Assembly (NCBI GenBank): GCA_964019335.1
Contig: OZ025667.1
Span: forward strand, 248,001 to 312,000
Source of the DNA: Diplonema japonicum
Taxonomy: Eukaryota > Protista > Euglenozoa: Diplonemea
DNA: 64,000 bases
Direction: 5' to 3'
Of this stretch, positions 11,608 to 23,600 are shown in pieces. The position numbers were made by a program, and so were the translations under genes. Every line of letters starts with the position of its first letter. The stretch's first letter is position 1. The notes under the pieces are model-generated. The model did no database searches. It worked only from the letters and a program-made list of their open reading frames with translations, and was not told where the DNA came from.

Positions 11608-14600
11608 ATGGGAAAGAAGGGAAAATTAAGAAAGAAGGCGGAGAAGGCGAAGCAGCGGACAAAGATTGAGGAAGCGGACTTGGCGGGCAAGCCGCATGAA
11701 GCGCTGGCTGTTGCAGAGGAAAAAAAAGAGATCATAAAGCCGGAGAATCAAAAAGAGAAAAGTGTAGTGAAAGAGAAGGTTGCGAAGAAGCCGGAGCCTG
11801 AAAAACAAGCAGATGCTGCGCCGATAGCAACACCGGCATCGTTGCCTATGCCGAATGAAGCGCTGAGCACTGTGGCTGTCCCTGTGCTAGTCGGCACAAC
11901 GACTGCAGCTGACAACTTGACGGTTCTGAGGCGCGCCCTGTCGATCCAGCGATGCGTCTTGCTCAGCGGTGGTGTAGGTGTAGGAAAGACCTCGATGTGC
12001 AAATTTCTCGCCTCCGAGGCAAAGGTAGACCTCGTGACTGTAGGTCTAGACTCATCGGTGGACATCAAGGACCTCGTTGGTACCTTCCGTGCAACGTCTC
12101 CTGGGAAGTTCGCCTTCCAGTATGGCCCCCTCGCTCACTGCGTCCAGTCTGGGAAATGGCTTGTCTTGGAAGACATGGATCTGGCTTCCTCTGACGTGAC
12201 GTCAGCCCTCGTTGCTCTGCTGCAGACAGGTGAGCTCTATATACCCGAACAGGACGAGCACATACAGTGCCACCCGAACTTCCGCTTGCTTGCCACTGTG
12301 CAGACTGCCGTGGGTGGCGGCGGCAGGAGAGGTGTTGTGCCTCACCAGCAGCTCTGGGGAGTGGTTCCTATTCTGCCGCAGTCCATGCTTGAAATGTTCC
12401 AATGCGTGGCGTCTGCTTGCCCCAATGTAAACCATACAGCACTGCAGGCAGTTAAGTCCACATTCGAGACGCTGCACAGTGTGGCGCAGAGCGAGGTGGC
12501 AGACGACGTCGTGCTCGAGTCACACCCCGACATCACACACAATGAGGTCAAGAGGCTTCTGCCGCATGTGAGGCTGTCTTTGAGGGAACTCCTCAGATGG
12601 GGGAGGAGGATGATGGTGCGCGCTGCACAGTGTTCAACCACGTCCTTCCTGGACACAGCCACAAAGGATCTTATGTACTTGGAGGCTTTAGACTCGTTCT
12701 GTCGCCACCTGCCCGAGAGCAAGGGGTATTCCACAATGGCGAAGACAATAGGTGCAGGATTGGGAATATCATCCGAGAAGCAAGGGTACATCCTGGAGCA
12801 CCACAAACCACTGGTAAAGGGTCCTTTTAACGGCGTACTGACAGTGGGCAGACAGGAGTTGAACGTGAACGAGGAGGGCGACTCCACACATGCCGACAAA
12901 CAGTTCGGTGACACAAAGGCAGCACTATCCTTGTTGGAGCGTCTTGCTGTCTGTGTGAAGATGATCGAGCCGGTACTTCTCACCGGTGAGACAGGTGTGG
13001 GTAAGACTTACATCGTGCAACACCTGGCCAACGCGTTGCAGCAGAATCTTGTCGTGCACAACTTGAACCAGCAGTCCGAGACTTCGGACATCATCGGTGG
13101 ATACAAACCGAGCGATATCACATCTTTTGGTCTGGGTCTGGGCGAACGGGCAAGGGTGCTGATCACGACCACTTACAAGAACTCCGATGAAGAGATGACG
13201 AACACAATGCTGCAGAAGCTTGCAAAAATACTTGACGACAGGAAGTGGGGCAGCCTTGTAAAGCTCATCAAAAAGATTGGAGAAAAGACACTGGCATCGC
13301 TGAAGAAGAAGATCACGAACGTGTCGTCCGATGCGAAGGGGGTGGGGGCGAAGCTCATCGGGAGGTGGACGCAGCTGTTGGAAGATGCTAGCGCTTTGGA
13401 CATAAAGGCGACAATGCTGAAAGGGGACGCCGCTAAGGGCGCCTTTGAGTTTGTGGAAGGAAGCTTGGTGAAGAGTTTCAGAGAAGGGCACTGGCTGTTG
13501 CTGGATGAGATAAACTTGGCAGACGCGGAAATCTTAGAGAGGATTAGTCAGGCTGTAGAAATGGCGCACACAGTGGAAGGAGGTGTCATCTCTGCGCACG
13601 CAAAGCTTACCATCACAGAGAGAGGTGGTGATGAAGCAAACATCACAATGCATCCGAACTTTAGGCTCTTTGCTTGCATGAACCCCCCTACTGACGTAGG
13701 GAAGAAGGACCTCCCGCCTTCCTTGAAGAGCAGGTTCACAGAGATGTACTGCGACGAATTAACAGACAAAGCGGACCTCCGGGTAGTGGTGATGCGCCTC
13801 ATCGGCACCTTGGTGCCCAACGCACCTGTCGACGATGTGGTCGACTTCTACCTGGCTTGTAGGGAGCAAGCACCCACTAAGCTCACCGACAACGACCCGT
13901 CCACACCCAAGCCGCACTACTCCCTCAGAACGCTCACAAGGGCCCTCCGCTTCACAAGACAGGTGGTCGGCATCTACGGCTTCGAGCATGCTCTGCTGGA
14001 GGGTATTTATCTGTGTTTCTACTCCCAGCTCAGCAGGCCTTTCCAGCCTGCCATGAACGCTATTGTGTCGCAGTACCTCCTCAAAGGCAAGCGTATCTCG
14101 AACCCTATGCCGCCCCCGAAGCCGAGCGACAACTGCGTGCAGTTTGAGCACTTCTGGCTTGAGACAGGGTCTCTCGAGTCAGTGAAAGATAACAACTACG
14201 TCATCACGCAGTCCATCGACGATCACTTAAGGAATCTCGCAAGGGTGGTTGTTGCAGGGAGAGCCGTGCTGCTGCAGGGTCCTACTGCCGCGGGTAAGAC
14301 CTCTATGGTGGAGTACTTGGCAAAGGTAACTGGACACAGGTGTATGAGGATCAACAACCATGAGACGACGGACATTCAAGAGTACGTAGGACAGTACGTG
14401 TCTGACGACACAGGCAAGCTGGTGTTCGTGGAAGGTGCACTTGTGACGGCTTGCAGGCAGGGGCACTGGATCATCCTTGACGAGCTCAACCTCGCTCCTT
14501 CTGAGGTCCTTGAGGCACTCAACAGACTGCTTGATGACAACAGGGAGCTTTTCATCCCAGAGACCATGGAACTCATCAAACCCCACCCACACTTCAGGCT

Positions 14601-17600
14601 GTTCGCGACACAGAACCCCCCCGGAATCTACGGAGGCAGGAAGCAGCTCAGCAGAGCCATGCGGAACAGATTCATGGAAATCCTTGTGGATGACATCCCC
14701 CACGCAGAACTGGAAATCATCCTCTCAAAGCGTTACGACATGCCCCCCACCATGGCCAAGAAGATGGTCTCCGTCATGACAACGCTGCAGACGAGGCGTC
14801 AGAGCTCTGCGGTCTTCCAAGGCAAGCACGGGTTCATCACTCCTCGCGACCTTTTCAGGTGGGCAGAACGAGGACCCTTTACCTACAAGGGGCTTGCCAC
14901 ACACGGGATGTTCTTGCTTGGCGACAGGTGCAGGAAACCTGAGGAGGCTATTGTTGTGAAGCACGTGCTGAGCGACGTGATCGGAGAAACAGTCCCCTCC
15001 GACGAAGAGAGGTACAACCCCTTGAACTACCCGCAGCTGAAGGGACATTGGGAGAAGTTCAATGCAATGATGAGCAAGGGCGGCGACCTGCCTGAGTCGC
15101 TGGGTGGTGGGAAAATCGTGCCTACGAAGGAGTTCAGCAGGCTGTTTGTACTTGTGGGGCTGTGTCTGCACTATGCCGAGCCTTTTGTGCTAGTGGGCGA
15201 AACCGGGGGTGGGAAGACTACCGTGTGCCAGCTATGGGGACACCTTCTGGCGCAAGAGCTAACTGTCGTCAATTGCCACCAACATTCAGAAACCTCTGAC
15301 TTCTTAGGTGCGTTCCGTCCTGCTACACCGCAGCAGAGGGAAGCAGGTAGGTTGTTTACATGGGTAAACGGGCCTCTGATCGAGTCCATGAACACTGGCC
15401 AGCTCTTTATGCTTGATGAAGTGTCGCTTGCGGAAGATGCAGTGCTCGAGAGGCTGAACTCTGTCTTTGAGCCAGGCAGGTCGATCACACTTCCAGAGAA
15501 AGGTGAGGCCGATATGAGGCCCATCAAAGCTGCAGCGTCTTTCCGAGTTATGGCCACCATGAACCCGGCGGGTGATTTTGGTAAGAAAGAGCTCAGTCCT
15601 GCCCTGAGGAACAGGATGACGGAGATACACGTGACATCGCTAAGCAAGCAGCCCGACTTGGTGACTATTTTAGAACAGCGTCTAGACACGCACGTGAAGC
15701 ACTTGGCGCCGGAGATTGTGAAGTTCCTTTCATACTTACAAGATGTGCAGGGGAGGATGATCTCCATTCGTGACGTGATGGCGGTCTGCAGGTTTGCCAG
15801 CAGGTCTTCCGCAGTGAACGGTCCCCTGAAAACACCGCTGTCAGCTGGTCTAGCGTATGCCTATGCTGTCGATGCCATCCTGCTCGCGGGTTTGGCCATC
15901 GGTACAGGGATGAGCGAGTCGCAGGCAGCGTCCATCAGGAACGACTCCTACTTGTTCCTCACAAAGCAGGCGGAGGGTTTGCCTGCCACGTTGCAGGAGT
16001 TTGACTCGAAGCGCTTCTGGGAAGCTTGTGACATGCCCGCTCCTACGCTTTCAGGTGAGTCGAAGAAAAGCTACTCTTTCACAGCACCTACTACGCAGTA
16101 CAACATTTCAGCCATTCTGAGGGTGCTGTGGGTGCTTGACGGCAAAGCTGTACTCATGGAGGGTTCCCCAGGTGTCGGAAAGACTACTCTGGTACAGACT
16201 CTCGGTAGTGCGCTTGGCATGACTGTCGTGAGGTTCAACTTGAGCGAGCAAACGGACATGAGCGACCTGGTGGGCACCTTCCTCCCAGACCCTACTTCGA
16301 AGGACGGAAAGGCATCGTTCAGGTGGTCAGACGGTCTTTTGCTGCAGGCAATGGTGAATGGGTGGTGGGTGGTACTCGACGAGTTGAACTTGGCCTCGCA
16401 ATCGGTGCTTGAAGGTCTGAACGCTTTGCTTGACCACAGAGCAGAATTATTTATCCCAGAACTCAACAAGGTGTTCAAACCGGCAAAGGGTTTCCGTGTG
16501 TTCGGGTGTCAGAACCCCTTGGCACAGGGTGGTGGTCGAAAAGGGCTGCCAAAGTCGTTCCTGAACAGGTTCACGCGAGTCTGGGTGAACCCCTTCCAGC
16601 GTGATGACCTCGATACAATCACATCGACGCTGTACCCAGACCTCTCGTCTCTTGTGCTGCAGAGGGTGGTAACCTTCATCACTAAGATGGACCTGCTCAT
16701 CAATAAGCACAAGGTGGCGGGGAGATGCGGCGGTCCGTGGGAATTCAACTTACGTGACATTTGCAGATGGTGCGAGATGCTTCGTGATGGACTGAGCCCC
16801 TGGATGTGCTGCTATGCTTTGTTCGTGTTGAGGTTCCGCACTGAAGCAGACAGGGCTGCCATTGTGACCCTGTACGAGGAGGTGTTCGAGGAGAAGCACG
16901 AAGCAGAGAGCAACGTCTTAGTTGTGGACGACAGCCGCATGAGGCTGGGCAACAGCTTCTTGCCTATCTTGAAGGATAATGACACGCAGCCCTCTGTGCT
17001 TAACATGCTACCAGGACTCCCCATGACCATCGGGAGCATGGTGACTTGCTTGAAGAAGTCCAGCCTTGTCCTTTTGGTGGGGCCAAGTGGTGCTGGCAAG
17101 ACGAGTGTCATCAAGCTGGCGTCTTCCATTTGTAGTGCCACAGTGTCTGTCTTCCCAATGTCCAGCGGAACTGACACAGTTGACTTGCTTGGACAGTTCC
17201 AGCAACAAGACGGTTCATTCGTGTGGCATGACTCCCTCCTCATCAAGGCACTGGAGCAGGGACACTGGTTGGTTCTCGATAACGCAAACTTCGCATCGCC
17301 CACAGTGCTGGACAGGCTGAATGGGCTCTTGGAGCCCAACGGCGACCTGGTGCTGAACGAATGCGGTGTGGGCCCCGACGGTAATATCCGCGTGATCAAG
17401 CCACACCCCTCATTCAGGCTCATCCTGACAATGGACTCGAGGCACGGCGAGGTTTCGAGGGCCATGCGGAACAGAGGTGTTGAATTGTTCATCGCTCCCT
17501 TCGACGCCCTCTCCGTACACTCGACTGCAATGGCACTGGCATCGCACAATAAGCAAATCTCAGAGCCTGATCAGGTGAAAGCCTTTGCGGCAGCACTCAC

Positions 17601-20600
17601 AACAAATATCGACGATGGTGCGCGATACTATGCACTGGCGAAATGGCACTGCGGCCACCTTGAAAGATGCTTCCCCATGAGGAATGGGGATTGGGGCAAA
17701 GTTGGCACGCGTGCTTTGGCACCGACGATGAGCACGTTGATGAGATGTTTAGACCTTGTGAAGCTGCTGAAGCAGACTACTTCTGAAGGGACTGCCATAA
17801 AGACTGCAATTCACCAGTGCTACCTGCGAGGGCTGAACGAGCAGCTTGCAGAAAAGGAGGGTGTTCACTTGAAGGAGTTGTGCGAGAATACAGACGTCTC
17901 ATGGCTCTCCCCGGCAGTGGCGGTGTGTTCCTTTACGTACCCTACTGCAACATCTGTGGCACAGCAGGAGGTCTTCTTCCTCCTCAGGTGCATAGCGCTT
18001 TCACTCTCGAGGGGTGGCGAAGCAACCCCGTTACGGAAGCTTCAGGTTGTTCCCCACTACTCTTTTGCATCTCCCGAGGTCCGGACAGCAGCAATGCAGC
18101 AGCTCTGCTCCTACATGCCGAACCACGCACCCCTCTTCCAGCTCCTTAACGCAGCACTCGATATGGTTCCTGCTCAGTTCTCAGTTAGCACTTGTGACTT
18201 GCTCCGTGCGATTGACATCACTGACCTCGGTATCGCCCCTGTCCCCCCTGCATCCACTGCTGACAGTGGCTTTGCATCGTTGTCGTTTGCAAGTGCTATC
18301 GTTGCTGTGCTGCGGACGACCGAAGCAGCCGGCGGCGGGAACTGGCTCCAGAGAGACAAGGTGCTCTCGGCTCTGAACGACCTAGCGGCGGCGACAAGAG
18401 TACTGCAGTCAAGCAGTAGGGGTGAAAATGAAAAGGGGGCGTGGCGCAGTGCTGCTGGTGCTGCAGGGGCACTGGCACACTTGATCCCTGTCACGGCCTC
18501 TGACGAAGATGTTCTCAGTTGGCTGCACTGCTACCTCAGGCTGGCCAGGGCGTGCTCTAAGCTCCCGTACAACGCTGACGTCGGCAAGGCACTGAGTGGT
18601 TTCGATACCAGGGTGATTCAGCACTTCAGCTTGGTTGGTGACTTGCGTTCACCACTGCTTTGGAAGAAGGGGGGACACCCAGCACCGTGCCTCGAGGAGC
18701 ACTATGATGCCATTAAAGAAGCGCCGGCACTGAGACAGCGAGTTGCTCAGAAGAAGGTTGAAGCGACAGAAGGTGTGATCTTGTGGAGACACATCACCAC
18801 AACGTGGGCCGTGAAGTGCCTTGAGGATGTGTTCTCTGCACAGTGCGAACTTGAAGGTTGTGATGTGCAAAGCAAGTGGTCTGTCTTAGGGAGGGTAGCT
18901 TCTACAAAGGCGCAAGTGTTCGCCGTAGACTGTATACCTTTGAAACTTGCAGCAGAGGGCAAGGGGTCGTCGCCTGTGCTACACCACCCTCTTGTGGAGT
19001 CCCTGCTGTCAAGGATCTGTATGGTTGACTACAATGACGATGAAGATGTTGAGGACGAGGACAAGCTGTTACGAGACATCAACAACGACAGGTACGCTAG
19101 GCACATGATGTTTTCGCCGTGCCAGGACATGCTTCACGTCTCCAGGGAGTTGTGCAGAGTTTCTGCAGAGAAGCTGTTAGCGGAGTCAACGGCATCCATG
19201 AGGCAAGTGAGCCAAGCACTCACAGCATGCCTGGTGCAGCCTCGATGGGACAAGTCTTTCTCTGTGGTCCACAGTATGAGGCGGTCTGCTGGGTTGATCA
19301 TTGCTGCAACCATGAAGCCCTTCCTTGCCGATGAGCCGCTCAGGCAGGCAGTAGCGAACGTGCAAAGCGCTCCCACAGATACGAAGGTCCTCACTGAGTT
19401 CTCTGAGGTTGCGCTGAAGACGGCGTTCACCGATTCCGTCATGGCCAAGACCATCAAGGAGTACGGAGTCATCGCCTCTCAGTCTCTCGCCAAGTGCAAA
19501 ATGAACAAAGCTGACATTGCCATCAACGTGGGCTGCAGTTTTGCCCTTCTTGGTGCATGGAGACTTTCCCTGCTGCAACCCACAAGCCCGCTTGACCCTG
19601 CGATGAGGACGAAGCACAAGGCCGAAGCAGCACAAAAGTGGGTGGAAAGTAGGTTGCAGGCGCTGACAGAGCTCCGAGACATCGAAGACATCCTGAACGG
19701 GGAGAGGGTATCGGACTCTGTTATCGAGCTTACTCAGCACTGCGATATGCTAAGTGCCGACCAGGCGACCATCGCTTCGAAGGCGGTACACAGAAGATCA
19801 CGCTCGGAGAACGACAAGCACGACATGTTCCCTGCGCTGTTCTGGGAGGTGCGTCAGTATGTGACCTCGTCCCTGTCCCCGGCGCGTATGCAGCGCATCG
19901 TTAAAAGTCTGCAGAGTGTTAACGATGCTGACAGCAGGGAAGCAGCGGCACGTGAGACTTCTATTCTTGCAATGGCTGCTGAGCGTTTTGCGGCTTCTAT
20001 CGAGAAGTACATCGGCTATGAGGACGTCGTGTCGCCCATTAGGGCTTCCGCGTCTCTGGTCCAGCTTGGGTTGACCTTGGCTATGCGTGCCGTCCCTCAT
20101 GTCAAAGCTCAAAAGGGCAAAAAACGTAAGACACGTCAAGATGAAGACGAAGGAGCAGAAGCCACGGACATCTTGAGAACAATACTCCCGCAGACCATCA
20201 CTCTACCTACCACGAAGATTCCTAGCAACCTGACGAGCATGTTGAACAGACTGGTGTCTATTGTGTTTTCGAAAGGTGCATCGGAGAAGGACCACTGGGG
20301 GATGGTGAATGCCACGGTGAAGTCTCTGCGTGTCTTCCAGGATAAGTCTGCTCTCGCCTTTACAACCGCAACGAGTTGTGAAACTGCCACAGGAAGCCTT
20401 GCCAACCTACAGAGGGACACTCTGGCAGACTCAGAGGCAGTGTATGGTGCATGGGTGCTCTTGTGGGATGTCATCGAAGCAGAGGAGATAAGGCGTGCGG
20501 AACTTGCTGCGGAGGAAGTCAAATGGAAGGAAAACAAAACCGAAATCGAAGGCGACGACGAGGCTCTGGAACGCACACTAAGGGAGCTCTTCCCGGACTA

Positions 20601-23600
20601 CATCGACGAAATCGCAGACATGTCTAAGAGCAAGAAGGAAGAGAACTCTGACGAGGAAGAGGAGGAGGTCGAGAAAGTTGACGAGGCGACGCTGTCTTAC
20701 GACATCCAGCGTGTCAAGCAGACGCTGCACAAGGGGGAGCTCCTCGACGTGGTGCTGCAATATGTGTGCATGGTATCTGACTCCGTAAAGCTGCGGTTCA
20801 CGCACGCATCAGGAGACGGCGTCAAGGCCCTCCCGAAGCCAAAGAAGAAGAGGGCAAGAGGTGCTGCAAACGACAAGGTAAATAAGGCCCGCATGCAGTT
20901 GATGGCAACTACTGAGCAGCTCGAGGAAGACGCCCTTCCCGAGGTCCCTGCCCCCGATGCTGCCCTTGCAAGTGAGCTACTTGATGCCCCGTCCACCGAC
21001 ATCGTGCGCAAGAGGCTGCACCCGTCTGCGCTGAAGGAGAGGTTGGGCATGAACGGCATCGACTCCGCTCTCTCTATCCTCGCCACGCTTGACTCCACGT
21101 TGACATTCACTAGCGGTGACAAGCCAGGCCATGCGTTCCTCACCAGCACGACACACGTCCCCTTCATCGCCGCGTCGTACCTCAGCGTTAAGACCGCCAA
21201 CGAGGCTGCTATGGGCTCCACGCTGTCAGACGACGTGACCTACCGCATCAGAACAGGTTTCAATATCTACAGAGAACCCGACATCTGCGAGGCAACACAC
21301 GGCCTCAAGGCACTCGGCCCCCTCAGGGACAGAATAGCCGAGCTCATTGCAGACTTCCCCGAACACCCGCCGTTGCTAAAGTTGCAGGAAATCACGAACA
21401 GTGTGCTGACTCTTAACCCTAGGACCGAGCCTCTGATGAAAATCTTGCAGGGCACAGAGCTGGTGCTTAAGTCGTGCCACGAGTGGGAGACATCCGCCCA
21501 CAAGGGGGTTTCAATTGCTACGCACATCAAGAGTATTGGTTCTGCTATCTTGAGGTGGAGGCGACTGGAATTGCACTGCTGGCCGCACCTGCTGCACGGA
21601 CGGAGGAGAGAAAAGGAGGAGAACGCATGCAGGCATGCATTCACCCTGTGGGGACTTGTGAACCAAGTTACATCAGACGAGGAATGCAATACGGTGGGCC
21701 TTTGTGACTTGGTTCAGAAGTTCGTGTTCGACACGTCATACGCAGAGTTCGACCTGAGGGTGCGCCTGCTGGCCACCCACGGACAGAGGCTGGCCCTGGC
21801 ACTGGCCGACAGTGCGACACTGTCTAATGAGAAGAGCCGAGGCCTGTGTAACCTGTTTTTGAACACATCTGCTTACTTCGGCACCTTCCTGAAGGAATTC
21901 CAGACTACCTTCCACACCGATAGCAAGGAGATCAGGAGGAAACTCTCTGAATTCATCAAAATCCAAAGGTGGGAAGACGCCAACTTCTACGCACTCACAG
22001 CCTCGACACAGAAGAGTCACAAGCAGATTGCGAAGTTCCTTCGTTTGTGGGATGCTGTGCTAGCAAAGCCCATGGCCCCATGGATGGTAAGGCAAGCGGA
22101 GAGGCTCGATGAGAGACTGGTGCTCCCTGACGAAGGAGGTACTGTGCCCCCGAAGCCTGCACCTAAAAAGAGAACTCTCAAAAAAGGGAAGAAAGATGCA
22201 GAGGCAGAGGCAGAGAAGGAAAAGCAGGAAGAAGAGGAGGCCCCGATGTCGCCCTTCGCGATTGCCATGAACGATGCCACATCCTGCTTGAGCGACGAGG
22301 CGGCAGAGCTGTCAGCTACCACCTCCTTGCTCACTGGGGCTACCAATGTGGCTTACATGGTGGACTTGATCACTTCTAGGGTAGGAGAGCTGCAGCCGCC
22401 TAGCAAGGAGAAGATGTCTGTGAAACAGAGGTCTCTGAAGACACTTCTCGAAACGCTGCAAGGCGAGGGTCTGGAGACACGTGAGAACCTCGAAACGTGG
22501 TCTGAAGAGCGCATGATGACGGAAACCAACTACTCAATTGAGCTGTCGCTTGCTGCTGAGGGCAAGAACGTATGGCCTGCTGCCAGTGGAACCAGGGAGA
22601 GGCTCCTGTGGCTCAACTCGGAGCGCGATTTCTTCAGGTCTATACAGGCCCACAAGAGGATGATGTCCGCCTTCGCCACGCCGCATGCCGACATCAACGA
22701 TGCGCAGCGGACACGTATCAAGATCATTACTGCACAGCTCTTCACCGGAATCCAGCATCAGCGGTCCGAGACTGTCCCCAACGTGGCAAAGCTCCTCTCT
22801 GCCCTAAACACCATCTTCCTGACCTCCGGAAAGGAAAAGAGCATCACTCGCACCACGCCGGAAGTTGTCGCCTTCAACGCTGCACTGCGCGAGGTCTGCG
22901 AGGTATGCAGCAAGTGCCTCAAGCAGGCACTCCCACTGGCTCAGGCTGTAGATGCCACCTCCGGGCTCTCTGTCGAGGGTTCAGAAAGTATGCTGCACCT
23001 GGAGGACGCGAAAGGGAGGGTTAGCTTGCAGAACCTGGTGACTTCATGCACCACAACCATCAACAGCATCTCTTCAGCGAAGGACGGTGCCAGCATACCA
23101 GGCTTCATCAGTGCTTTGGAGGCTCAGGCACAGCAGTTGTTTTCGTCCGCCGATGTGTCGTTTGTTTCGGGTTCTGCGGAGTGCATTGTGCAGCACTGCC
23201 AAGATGCCCTTAAAGCATTGGCTTGCTACGAACAGACGAAGGATACCGATGCAGGAGATGTGGCCGCTGAGGTGACTGCAATCTGTAACTCTATTGTGCA
23301 AGACGCTTCGTCTGGAAAGGAGAGAGACACTATCATGAAGTGCAACATGTTCTGCAAATCATTTGATGTAAAGAAAGCGGCAGCAACACTTCAACAAGCG
23401 GCTCCAGCATTGGCTAAAACACCTGAGTCGTCACCACTGTGGGAGGTTCTTACCTCCGCACACCGTGTTGTGGAAACCCTGCTTCGCGCCTTGATCCAGT
23501 TCCATTGTTCTTCAACGAGACTCTTCCTTGTGACAACTAGGTTGTTCGGAACACTGATGAAGAAAGGTTTCTGCGGGAAGAAGGAAGAGGAAGAAGAGGG